A DNA stretch of 64,000 nucleotides from Hyalangium minutum (GTDB lineage Bacteria; Myxococcota; Myxococcia; Myxococcales; Myxococcaceae): positions 930,001 through 994,000 of the forward strand of contig NZ_JMCB01000001.1 in the NCBI RefSeq assembly GCF_000737315.1, written 5' to 3'. The translations under genes were made by a program, and so were the position numbers. The notes below the pieces were generated by a model. The model did no database searches. It saw only the letters and a program-made list of their open reading frames with translations, and had not been told where the DNA came from. Below, piece by piece: positions 9,881 to 18,673 of the stretch; within the stretch, counting starts at the first letter, position 1, and every line of letters starts with the position of its first letter.

Positions 9881-11734
9881 ATGACGATTGACAACCACAC
9901 CATCGAGCTCGCTCAACACAAATTCGTCACGAAACCCAGACGTGCTTCACCTCCAAGAGGGGGAGGCCGTGGGACCTTGTACTCGTTGCTCTCACTGTGT
10001 GCGGTACTGGCGGCCTGCGGCGCGAGCCAAACGGGCGAGCTCGAAGAGAGCCTCGCTCCCACGAACGCCAGAACCTCCGCCGCCGCGCTCGAGCTGTCGC
10101 CGGCGTCCCCAGTGAATCCCATACCGGGAGTCGTTCAAGCGGAGTACCAATCCGCGATCGCGGCAGGCAATGGCTTCTACTTCGTGGTCTGGACGGGCAC
10201 CTCGGACATCTTGGGCGTTCGCATCAACGCCCTCGATGGAACGCCGCTGGATGCCAGTCCTATCTCCATCGCGACAGGGGCCGCCCAGCAGACGGCACCC
10301 GCGGTGGCCTTCGACGGCACCCACTTCCTGGTGGTCTGGGAACAGGGCGCGGGAAACACCGAGCACCTCATTTACGGGACTCGCGTGAGGGCCTCGGATG
10401 GTGCGGTGATCGACACGCCCTTCCTCATCAGCCGGATTCCCTATGGGCGCTATGGCACCTTTAGCCAGAGCCGACCGGCCGTGGCTTTCGATGGGACGAA
10501 CTTCCTGGTGGTCTGGGAAGGCGTCTCCCCCATCTCCAGCATCTACGACTACGTCGGAGGCATCCAGGGTATCCGTGTGCGGGCCTCGGATGGGACCGTC
10601 ATCGAGTCCACCCGCTTCGTCATCGGTTCTCCCCTCGGGAACGAGTCCTCATCGGGAGTTGGGGCCCGCGCCCGCGTGGCCTACAGGGACGGGAACTACC
10701 TGGTGACCTGGGCGAAGAATGGGACCGTTCTGGCAGCCCGTATCGAAGCGCAGGGGGGACAGCTGTTGGACAGCAGCCCCCTGATCGTGGGGTCTGGCAG
10801 CTTCCCGGCAGTGACCGCTCGGGACGGAGAGTTCCTGGTGGTGTGGTACGGCTCCAGCGCCCTGAAGGCCCGGCAGCTGAACTCCACGAGTGGCGCCCTG
10901 CTGGGTTCCGCGGACATCCTCGTGGGCCAGTTCCCCGTGAGTGCCCCGGAGGTCACCTTCGACGGGCAGGACTACCGGATTCTCTGGGAGGGCGTGCGCG
11001 GAGGGATGGGTCTCAAGTTCGTCGCCTCGCGGCTGTCAACGCAGGGGACGGTGGCCACCTCCGCGGAGGTGGAACTCTCCAACCTGACGATGGGCACAGG
11101 TCTGGAGCGTGGAGGAATCGCCGCGGTGGCTCCGGGCCGGTTCCTGACGAGCTACTACGGACCTGACGCGAGCGGGATGGCCCGAACCTTCCTGCGGCGC
11201 GTGACGGATCTCCCGGAGTGCACGACGGGGGAGCTCAGCCTGGAGATCCAGGGCTCGGCGGAGCTGGTGCTGGAGTGCGGCTCGGGCACCTACAGCGATG
11301 CGGGCGCCCTCGCGTTCGACGGGTGCGGCAACCCTTTGACGGTGCACGGGTACAACACGGGCAATGACTCGAGCGGGCCGGGGCCCAACCTGAGCCAGGA
11401 GGGCACCTACTCGGTCTCGTACGCCGCGTGGGGTACCAACGGTGGCCAGGCGTTCGCGACGCGGACGGTGATCGTAGACGACCGGACGGCCCCGACGCTC
11501 ACGCTCATTGGCCCGGCCATCATGACGCACACGTGTGGCAGCCAGTGGGTGGATCCCGGCGTGCAGGCGACGGACGCGTGCTACGGGAACCTCACGCCGC
11601 AGGTGTGGCACACCGGCGAGGTGAATGGCTGGGCGGTGGGCACGTACACGGTGACGTACACGCTGACGGACAGCGGCGGTAACAGCGCTCCGCCCGTCAC
11701 GCGCACCGTGAATGTCGTCAACTGCCCCTGGTAG
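9881..11734 (+). CDS. secreted/lipoprotein surface protein: AVAFDGxxxLVVW propeller-like repeats plus two C-terminal DUF5011-like Ig domains ending in CPW
   Basis: LAAC lipobox-like motif, repeats AVAFDGTHFLVVW and AVAFDGTNFLVVW, C-terminal DPGVQATDAC...GTYTVTYTLTDSGGN...TRTVNVVNCPW. Confidence 0.8.
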   Translation: MTIDNHTIELAQHKFVTKPRRASPPRGGGRGTLYSLLSLCAVLAACGASQTGELEESLAPTNARTSAAALELSPASPVNPIPGVVQAEYQSAIAAGNGFYFVVWTGTSDILGVRINALDGTPLDASPISIATGAAQQTAPAVAFDGTHFLVVWEQGAGNTEHLIYGTRVRASDGAVIDTPFLISRIPYGRYGTFSQSRPAVAFDGTNFLVVWEGVSPISSIYDYVGGIQGIRVRASDGTVIESTRFVIGSPLGNESSSGVGARARVAYRDGNYLVTWAKNGTVLAARIEAQGGQLLDSSPLIVGSGSFPAVTARDGEFLVVWYGSSALKARQLNSTSGALLGSADILVGQFPVSAPEVTFDGQDYRILWEGVRGGMGLKFVASRLSTQGTVATSAEVELSNLTMGTGLERGGIAAVAPGRFLTSYYGPDASGMARTFLRRVTDLPECTTGELSLEIQGSAELVLECGSGTYSDAGALAFDGCGNPLTVHGYNTGNDSSGPGPNLSQEGTYSVSYAAWGTNGGQAFATRTVIVDDRTAPTLTLIGPAIMTHTCGSQWVDPGVQATDACYGNLTPQVWHTGEVNGWAVGTYTVTYTLTDSGGNSAPPVTRTVNVVNCPW

Positions 11735-11752
11735 CGAAGAAGACGGAAGCAG

Positions 11753-11787
11753 CCTGCCCCCTCACTGTGGCACGGGGAGGGGGCAGG
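11753..11787. terminator. GC-rich hairpin between convergent genes
   Basis: Perfect 11-bp inverted repeat cctgccccctc / gagggggcagg. Confidence 0.6.
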
Positions 11788-11793
11788 AGTTCC

Positions 11794-12330
11794 TCAACGG
11801 CCTTGCGCACGCTCGACCCGGACCCACAACTCGGGGTCCTCGAGCCGCTTCGCGATGGCCGCGGCGCGGGCCAGCGTGCTCGCAGAGGCCGGTGTCCCCT
11901 GGATGCGCGCGACCATCAGCAGGCCCATCACCCGCAGGCGCACGTACCCACCGTCGCCCGCATGCTCGCAGGCACGCTGCGCCATCCTGAGCGCCTCCTC
12001 GCGGGCACCTTGACGATGGAGACCGAACGCCAGCCCAGCGTCTCGGCGATAGCTGGCAAAGGAATGCACGTCCTCGACTGGCAGGGAGCGATACAGCGCG
12101 AGCGCTCGGGAGAAGTCGCCCCGCCGGTTGGCATCGAAGGCCTCGTGATCGATCAGGCGAGCCTGGAAGCACGCAGCGTCCGCTGGGTCCAGCTCCGCTC
12201 GGGCTGAGTCCAGAACGCTTCGGGCGCTCTCCAGGTGTGGGCGCGCCGCGGCCTCCGCGCGCTTCCGTGCTCCGTCACGAGGGCTTCCACGCAGTCGGCC
12301 CACGTGTAGCCGATGGGCGCCTGGGTCTCG
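11794..12330 (-). pseudogene. internally deleted/frameshifted gene; C-terminal TPR-like helical part intact
   Basis: A high-GC3 frame reading TQAPIGYTWADCVEALVTEHGS (~12330-12265) switches to a second frame reading AAARPHLESARSVLD...SYRRDAGLAFG...GDGGYVRLRVMGL. Neither frame has a good start. Confidence 0.5.
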
Positions 12331-12349
12331 GTGGAGCGCTGTCCGGTTT

Positions 12350-12622
12350 ATGGGTTCGCCCTACGGATGCGTGTGGGACGACTTCGCGGTCCGCGAGCCC
12401 GCCGAGGCCGAGGCTCGCCTTGCAGCAGCCGCGGCAGCGCTCCCCGAGGATCTCCGGGCACGCCTTCCGATGCCTCCGGCTGGCGAGGGCCGGGCCCCCT
12501 GGTACCGCGGCACCTTCCACGTCAACCTCCCGGACGCGCCTGACGGCCATGCCGTGGTGGAGCTCAAGGACGGGCGCGTGCGGCTGGAGACGGTCTCCGC
12601 TGGCCTGCAGCCGCGCGCGTGA
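12350..12622 (+). CDS. small hypothetical protein (or gene fragment)
   Basis: High-GC3 ORF; possible GTG start at 12371. Confidence 0.45.
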   Translation: MGSPYGCVWDDFAVREPAEAEARLAAAAAALPEDLRARLPMPPAGEGRAPWYRGTFHVNLPDAPDGHAVVELKDGRVRLETVSAGLQPRA

Positions 12623-12625
12623 CGG

Positions 12626-13846
12626 CTACGTCCCCTTCCCGCCCGTCCATCGCAGCGGGAGCGACGTCACGCCCCGGATGGTGAGGTTGTCGATCCACTG
12701 CAGCTTCGCCTCGTCGACGTGGAGTTCCGGCAGCCGCTCCACCATCGCCGCGAGCGCGATCTGCCCTTCCAACCTTCCCAACGCCGCGCCCAAACAGAAG
12801 TGGATGCCATAGCCGAGCGACAGGTGCCGGTTCTCGCGGCGCGTGATGTCGAAGCGATCTGGCTCCGAGAACTGGAGCGGGTCGCGGTTGCACGCGCCCA
12901 TCACCATGAAGACGCGGTCGCCCTTCCGCACCGTGCGGCCGTGGTACTCGACATCCTCCAACGCCACGCGGCCCATGCGCTGCACCGGGCTGTCGTAGCG
13001 CAGCACCTCTTCGATCGCGGCCGGCACCCGCTCCGGCGACGCGCGCAACAGCCGGTACTGCTCCGGGTGCCGCGCGAGCGCGATGACCGCGTTGCCAATG
13101 AGGTTGGTGGTCGTCTCGTGGCCGCCGAACAGGAGGGTCACGCAGGTCGCTAACAGCTCCGCCTCCGAGAGGCTCTCGCCCTCATCCCTCACTGCGAGCA
13201 GTTGGGACATCAGGTTCGGCTTCGGTGCGCGCCGGTGCTCCTCCATCACGATGCGGAGGTAGCCCTCCATCTCGACCACTGCCCGCACCGCTCGGCCGGC
13301 GATCTCCGGCCCGAGCTGGCTCGCGCCCATGAACGACGCGATGGCGTCCGACCAGCCCTTGAGCAGATGGGAGTCCTGCGCCGGCACGCCCAGCATGTCG
13401 GCGATGACGATGGTCGGCAGCGGATACGCCAGGTCCGCGATGACGTCGAGGTGCTCGCTCGCGCTGTGGCGGTCGAGCAGTTCGCTCACCAGCGACTGGA
13501 TGCGCGGGCGCATCGCCTCCACCGCGCGGGGGGTGAAGGCCTTGCTGATCAGCCCACGCAGCCGCGTGTGGTCCGGCGGATCCAGCAACAGCGTCCAGCG
13601 CGAGAGGTTGTCGATGAGCGGCTTGAGCTTCTCCTTCACTGCGTCCGGCAGCTTCGCCGCGTAGCCCGAGCTGCGGTTCGCCGACAGCCGCCGATCCTTG
13701 AACGCGCTCTCCGCGTCGGCGTAGCGCGTGAGCAGCCACGCGTTCCACGCTTCGCTGAAGTACGCGGGCTCGGTCTCCTGGAGCTGGCGGTAGAGCGGAT
13801 AGGGGTCCCGCCGCGCTGCTGGGGTGGAGAAGTCGAGGAGGGGCAT
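12626..13846 (-). CDS. cytochrome P450
   Basis: LDPPDHTRLR, I-helix FGGHETT, ExxR (EEVLRYDSP), heme motif HLSLGYGIHFCLG. Confidence 0.95.
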   Translation of the reverse strand: MPLLDFSTPAARRDPYPLYRQLQETEPAYFSEAWNAWLLTRYADAESAFKDRRLSANRSSGYAAKLPDAVKEKLKPLIDNLSRWTLLLDPPDHTRLRGLISKAFTPRAVEAMRPRIQSLVSELLDRHSASEHLDVIADLAYPLPTIVIADMLGVPAQDSHLLKGWSDAIASFMGASQLGPEIAGRAVRAVVEMEGYLRIVMEEHRRAPKPNLMSQLLAVRDEGESLSEAELLATCVTLLFGGHETTTNLIGNAVIALARHPEQYRLLRASPERVPAAIEEVLRYDSPVQRMGRVALEDVEYHGRTVRKGDRVFMVMGACNRDPLQFSEPDRFDITRRENRHLSLGYGIHFCLGAALGRLEGQIALAAMVERLPELHVDEAKLQWIDNLTIRGVTSLPLRWTGGKGT

Positions 13847-13981
13847 CCGGCGTTTATTGCACCCGAGCGCTTGTCCCCTCCAGGGCAAAAAAAATCGGAG
13901 CGGACGATGTCGAGAAAAACGACACGGCTCCGACCTGGGGTTGAAAGCGCCAATGAGGGCGCCTCAACCCGGAGAATTCAC

Positions 13982-14416
13982 ATGGTGACCGCCGAAGCCC
14001 TTCAGCCCTCCCCTGCTCCCTCGCATGCCAACGCCCCGCGTCAACTGCTCCGCCGCATCGGTGCCGTGCTTGCGGGTCTGTTCGCGATCTTCGCCGTCAC
14101 GACAGCGACCGACGTGGTGATGCATCTGTCCGGGGTGTTCCCGTCCATGGACGCTCCCCCCATGTCCAATGCGCTGTTCCTGTTCGCCTTCTCGTACCGC
14201 TTCGTCTACGACGTGGCGGGCTGCTACCTCACCGCGCGTCTCGCTCCGGCGCGACCGATGTGGCATGCGCTGGTGCTGGGCACCATCGGGCTGTGCGTGA
14301 GCCTCGTGGGCGCAGTGGCCATGTGGGGCGCTGGGCCGGCCTGGTACACGCTCGGCCTCGCGGCAAGTGCCTTGCCCTGCGCATGGCTGGGCGGGCGCCT
14401 CGGCCAACGGGAATAG
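13982..14416 (+). CDS. 4-TM membrane protein
   Basis: ATG preceded by GGAGA; four hydrophobic helices. This is the C-terminal part of track ORF 13202..14416. Confidence 0.8.
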   Translation: MVTAEALQPSPAPSHANAPRQLLRRIGAVLAGLFAIFAVTTATDVVMHLSGVFPSMDAPPMSNALFLFAFSYRFVYDVAGCYLTARLAPARPMWHALVLGTIGLCVSLVGAVAMWGAGPAWYTLGLAASALPCAWLGGRLGQRE

Positions 14417-14665
14417 CTCCGGCCAGGCAGGTGCCCTCCACCAGACGGTAACCGACGAGGCCCTGCTGCGAATGGCGACCGTGGTCAGACTCTCATCTAC
14501 GAGCCTCAAAATGAGAGCGACTTCCTCCGCTTCCCGCTCGGCCCCCTGCACACGTTCCGGATGGAGCAGGGCAAGCCTATCGTGTCCCCTTCCGGGAACG
14601 AGGCTCCTCCAACGCGCTGAAGCCGCGAGCCTGGGAAGCAGATCCACCACAGAGAGGAGAAAGCC

Positions 14666-15106
14666 ATGAAGCAGCGAATGAACATTCCCGCAGTGGCCCC
14701 TGGGGCCTATCAGGCCTTGCTGGGACTGGAGAAATACCTGCACGGGTGCGGTCTGGAGGAGCCGCTGCTTCACCTCATCAAACTGCGCGCCTCACAGCTC
14801 AACGGCTGCGCCTACTGCATCGACATGCACTGGAAGGATGCACGGTCCTTGGGGGAGACGGAGCAGCGCCTGTACGGGCTCGATGCCTGGGCCGAGAGCC
14901 CCTACTACACCGAGCGCGAGCGGGCGGCGTTCCTGTGGACCGAGTCCGTCACGCACCTGTCACAGGGACACGTGCCGGACTCCGTCTACGAGGCCGTGAA
15001 GCCCCACTTCTCCGAGAAGGAGCTGGCCGACCTGACACTGGCCATCGCCGCCATCAACGCGTGGAACCGGATCTCCATCTCCAGCCGCACAGTCCCCGGT
15101 GCATAA
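14666..15106 (+). CDS. carboxymuconolactone decarboxylase/AhpD-like protein
   Basis: LRASQLNGCAYCIDMH motif, ERERAA...E, INAWNRI; RBS GAGGAG. Confidence 0.92.
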   Translation: MKQRMNIPAVAPGAYQALLGLEKYLHGCGLEEPLLHLIKLRASQLNGCAYCIDMHWKDARSLGETEQRLYGLDAWAESPYYTERERAAFLWTESVTHLSQGHVPDSVYEAVKPHFSEKELADLTLAIAAINAWNRISISSRTVPGA

Positions 15107-15142
15107 ACGGCGGCGGCGATCGCGCGCCTGATCTTGGAGGGG

Positions 15143-15625
15143 CTACCCCTCCTCTTCGCGCATCACCGTCTGTCCCATGGAGGCAAGCAGCGGCATATTG
15201 GTAGCGGTGATGTACTGGACGCTACTGTCCTCGGCGGCGCAGTGCTGGTGCCAGCACCACGGCGGCGTATAGAGCGAGTCCCCAGCCTCCCAGTCGAAGC
15301 GCTGCCCCTCGATAAGGGAGTAGCCCTTCCCCGAGATGACGTACATCAGCGCTTCATAGGCATGCCGGTGGTTGGAGGTTTTTCCGCCCGGGGCGAGCTC
15401 CCCGATGCTGCAACTCAACGTCTTGCTCGGAGCCCGGAGGGGAAAGACTGGGTGCCCTCGCTCTGCCGAGAAATCCCGCGCGGTGGAGCTCCCTCGCACC
15501 GCCTTGTGCAGGCAAGCCGCATCTGGCTGCCGCGCCGGGATAACCGTCAGTGAGTTGCGATTCTTCGAGGTGTCCGAGAATGACTCGGAGCCCCCCCCCT
15601 GCGTCACCGTGTTCGACTGAGCCAT
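15143..15625 (-). CDS. cupin-domain (metal-binding) protein
   Basis: LAPGGKTSNHRHAYEALMYVISGKG...GDSLYTPPWCWHQH; RBS AGGAGA, 23 nt after the upstream stop. Confidence 0.88.
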   Translation of the reverse strand: MAQSNTVTQGGGSESFSDTSKNRNSLTVIPARQPDAACLHKAVRGSSTARDFSAERGHPVFPLRAPSKTLSCSIGELAPGGKTSNHRHAYEALMYVISGKGYSLIEGQRFDWEAGDSLYTPPWCWHQHCAAEDSSVQYITATNMPLLASMGQTVMREEEG

Positions 15626-15648
15626 GGGTCTCTCCTGGAGAGGATCTC

Positions 15649-16452
15649 TCAAGCAGCCTGGGAAGCCTTCTCTGCGCGCCTCTGAAGACGGGCGTGCATG
15701 TGATCGAAGAAGTTCTTTCGTGCGTCGAGTGCCTTCAACGTTCCCACCGCCAGCCCCATGCGCCCCTCGAAGCCCTGTGCCAGGTCCACGGCGATCTGCC
15801 GTAGGACCTTGGCGTGATCGTCATCCACCATCGCATGCAGATCGAAGAAGACGCGATCGCGAATGCTCAAGCCGGGCCAGGCCTTCTGGATGCCCTTGAG
15901 CAGGTACGCGTACATGAAGCGGACAATCCCCTCGGTGGCGACGCCCAGAGCGCCCACCGCCTGCTCTTGGGAGCCCGTGCTGCAGACCCCATGGAACGTC
16001 TCGATCCACGCCACGGTGGCCACGTCCGGCTTGCTCTCGAGGATCTGCTTCGCGTCCATTCCCACAGCGACCAGGAAGCGGCGGAAGAGGAGCGGGTGCG
16101 GGTAGCGCACATCATCGGGGTTGATGCCCGCCTGGCGCAGCTCTGCTTCGTGAGCAGGATCCAACTTGCCGATCTCCTCGGAGAGGTTGCCCATCAGCGC
16201 CGCGCGGTGCTGGGGTTGCTCCAGCCGCGAGGAGACCGCGGTCAGGTACTGAGTAAACCGGTAACTGTAGAAGTAGTATTGGGAGAGCAGGTCTCGGAGT
16301 GCCGCTCCCATGTCGTGAAACTCTCCCCGCTCGATGGCCAGGAGCAGGGGATGGTTGGCCGCTGGGGATTGAATGGCCAGCATTTGGAGATTGGCCACGA
16401 ACTCTTCCGCAGAGAGGTTGGCCCAAACCAATTCGGTCATTGTTGAATGCAT
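15649..16452 (-). CDS. heme-oxygenase-like diiron oxidase (iron-containing redox enzyme, CADD/PqqC-like fold)
   Basis: Ligand pattern NLSEE...PH...ATE...DLH...DDDH in an all-helical 267-aa protein. Confidence 0.82.
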   Translation of the reverse strand: MHSTMTELVWANLSAEEFVANLQMLAIQSPAANHPLLLAIERGEFHDMGAALRDLLSQYYFYSYRFTQYLTAVSSRLEQPQHRAALMGNLSEEIGKLDPAHEAELRQAGINPDDVRYPHPLLFRRFLVAVGMDAKQILESKPDVATVAWIETFHGVCSTGSQEQAVGALGVATEGIVRFMYAYLLKGIQKAWPGLSIRDRVFFDLHAMVDDDHAKVLRQIAVDLAQGFEGRMGLAVGTLKALDARKNFFDHMHARLQRRAEKASQAA

Positions 16453-16459
16453 AGCGTCC

Positions 16460-16789
16460 CTATCCGAGGGTGCCGACGCGCCGCCTGGCCGGAGTGGTGA
16501 CCTGGGGACCCTGCATCTGCGCGAGCTCGAGCGTGAAAGTCAGGAGCAGCACGCCTACGAGCAGGATCAGGATCATCACTCTCAGCGCGGTGGGATCGAT
16601 GTTGAGGACCAAGATGGCTCCCGGCACCAAGCCTAACATCGCAAGCGTCCAGGTGTACAGCCGCAGCCGTGCCTTGGGCGGATCCATCCGGAGGTAGGTG
16701 AAGGTCTCGGTGATGAAGGAGGCCAACAAGCCGAAGCTCACCACGATCACCGACGTGGCCGCCGGGTAGCGCAGGACCAGTTCACACAC
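16460..16789 (-). CDS. small 3-TM membrane protein
   Basis: Three hydrophobic segments; GTG start overlaps the thiolase stop; ends 7 nt before the diiron enzyme gene. Confidence 0.55.
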   Translation of the reverse strand: MCELVLRYPAATSVIVVSFGLLASFITETFTYLRMDPPKARLRLYTWTLAMLGLVPGAILVLNIDPTALRVMILILLVGVLLLTFTLELAQMQGPQVTTPARRRVGTLG

Positions 16790-18002
16790 CGATGACGAGG
16801 CTCACGGTCGTGGTGGTGGAGCCCCCGATGTTCAAGGTCTGGCACGTCCGGGCGCCCTCCACCTGATAGTCCCCCGCCGTTCCCGTCACCTGCTTGAAGG
16901 CGTCGAGCGCCATGCGCACACCCGTGGCGCCCACCGGGTGCCCCAGACCGATGAGCCCTCCCGAGGGGTTGATGGGCAGCCGGCCCTTCAGCTCGATGGA
17001 GCCGTCCTCGATGGCCTTCCAGGACTCGCCCGGCGCCGTGAGGCCCAGGTGATCAATGGCCATGTACTCCGTCATAGCGAAGCAGTCATGGGTCTCCACG
17101 ACATGCAATTCGCTCACGTCCTTGAGGCCCGCGCGGGTCCGGGCGTCCTCGATGGCGCGCCGCACCTGGGGAAAGACATAGGGCTGGCCCTCGCTGGCGC
17201 GCACCTTGGCCGCGTAGCTGATGGGCGCCGAGCGGTGTCCCCATCCCCGGATGCGCGGCAGGCGCTCGAGCGAGAGGCCCCGGCGGGCAGCGTACTCAGC
17301 GGCACGCCGAGGCGTGGCCAGGAACACCACCGCCGAGCCATCCGTCACCTGGCCACAGTCCTGCTTGCGCGTTCTGCCTTCCACCACGGGGTTGGCCTCG
17401 TCGTGGGCGGTGAAGCTCTCCGGGGTGAAGCTCCACTGGCGCGTCTGGGCATTGGGATTGCGCTTGGCATTGGCGAAGTTGAGCTCCGCGATGCGCATCA
17501 GGTGCTCGTAGCGCAACCCATGGCGCCGCTCGTACTCGTCGGCCAGGTCCGAGAACGCTCGCGGCCAGAGGTAGCGAGCGTCGGTGAACTCGTGTCCAGC
17601 CCAGGCCGCGGCGCCGAGGTTACGGGCTGCCTGCTGCCCCGGCACGTTGCGCATCTGCTCCAGGCCCACCACGCAGGCCAGCTCATACCGGCCCGCCTCC
17701 AGCTCCGCCGCCGCGGCGAGCAGGGCCACGCTCCCCGAGGCACAGGCCGCCTCGTGGCGCGCGGTGGGCAGCCCATCGAAGGCCGGGTCCACCTGTCCAA
17801 AGAATCCGCCGAGCAGCCCCTGCCCCGCGAAGAGCTCGCCCACGAAGTTGCCCACGTGGCCGCACTCCACCTCCTCGGGCTCCAGCCGGGTGGCGGCCAA
17901 GCCGCTGCGCACGGTCTGGGTGAAGGCGTCCGCGAGTTCCAGGCCCTGGCGCGACCAGTGCGCCGAGAAGTCACTCTGCCAGCCGCCAAGCAGGTAGATC
18001 AT
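16782..18002 (-). CDS. thiolase family acetyl-CoA acetyltransferase (SCP2-type)
   Basis: EAACASGS (catalytic Cys), ETHDCF, NPSGGLIGLGHPVGATG. Confidence 0.92.
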   Translation of the reverse strand: MIYLLGGWQSDFSAHWSRQGLELADAFTQTVRSGLAATRLEPEEVECGHVGNFVGELFAGQGLLGGFFGQVDPAFDGLPTARHEAACASGSVALLAAAAELEAGRYELACVVGLEQMRNVPGQQAARNLGAAAWAGHEFTDARYLWPRAFSDLADEYERRHGLRYEHLMRIAELNFANAKRNPNAQTRQWSFTPESFTAHDEANPVVEGRTRKQDCGQVTDGSAVVFLATPRRAAEYAARRGLSLERLPRIRGWGHRSAPISYAAKVRASEGQPYVFPQVRRAIEDARTRAGLKDVSELHVVETHDCFAMTEYMAIDHLGLTAPGESWKAIEDGSIELKGRLPINPSGGLIGLGHPVGATGVRMALDAFKQVTGTAGDYQVEGARTCQTLNIGGSTTTTVSLVIGV

Positions 18003-18066
18003 GGGGCCTCACCCTACCCCGCGCCGGAGACCCCTGGCCACCGGGCGCCCTCAGGGACGAATACGC

Positions 18067-18606
18067 ATGCGCATCGCTGTGACTGGCACGCACCGAGTGG
18101 GAAAGTCGACGCTCCTTGAAGAGCTCGGGGACCGGCTCGTGGGCTATCAGGTCGTCGAAGAGCCGTACCACCTCCTCGAAGAGGAGGGTTACGAGTTCGC
18201 TTCCCCACCGAGCTTGGAAGACTTCCTCGAACAACTTCGCCGCTCGATGGAGTTGCTCGAAGACGCGGAGGCTGCGCGAGACGTTCTGTTTGATCGGTGC
18301 CCCATCGACTTTCTGGGATACCTCCTGACTCACGAGGACTCCGATTCCTTCGACCCGGAGGAGTGGCTTGCCCGGGTCCGTTCCACCCTTCAGACCCTGG
18401 ATCTCGTCGTCTTCGTGCCCATCGAGGAGCGCGACCGCATCCCGCTCTCTGCACACGAAGATCCCGAGATGAGGGCGACGGTGGACGAGAAGCTCGCCTG
18501 GATGCTGCTCGACGACCCATGGGAGCTGGGGGTGGAAGTCCTCACCGTCCACGGGTCGACGAGCGCGCGGGTCACCCAGGTTCTCGAGCGCCTGGAGCGA
18601 GGATAG
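18067..18606 (+). CDS. AAA_28/NadR-like P-loop NTPase
   Basis: MRIAVTGTHRVGKSTL Walker A; FDRCPIDFLGY. Confidence 0.85.
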   Translation: MRIAVTGTHRVGKSTLLEELGDRLVGYQVVEEPYHLLEEEGYEFASPPSLEDFLEQLRRSMELLEDAEAARDVLFDRCPIDFLGYLLTHEDSDSFDPEEWLARVRSTLQTLDLVVFVPIEERDRIPLSAHEDPEMRATVDEKLAWMLLDDPWELGVEVLTVHGSTSARVTQVLERLERG

Positions 18607-18673
18607 CCTGACCACAGGGAAGCCCGGGCAGATGCGCCTTCTGCTTGCCCGGGTGCCTCCCGCGAAGGTCCCG

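Noticed and set aside
13202-13981. N-terminal extension of track ORF 13202..14416
   Set aside because: It is antisense to the P450. The real gene starts at ATG 13982 behind a GGAGA RBS.
14417-14620. Startless frame after the membrane gene (GDRGQTLIYEPQNESDFLRFPLGPLHTFRMEQG)
   Set aside because: No start or RBS and no recognisable family. The IYEPQN match to the acetylesterase C-terminus is too short to be meaningful.
12626-18002. Treating P450, AhpD, cupin, diiron enzyme and thiolase as one proven biosynthetic gene cluster
   Set aside because: Orientations are mixed, codon bias differs between genes and there is no scaffold-forming enzyme (NRPS, PKS, RiPP precursor). Only the three-gene core is reported as a unit.
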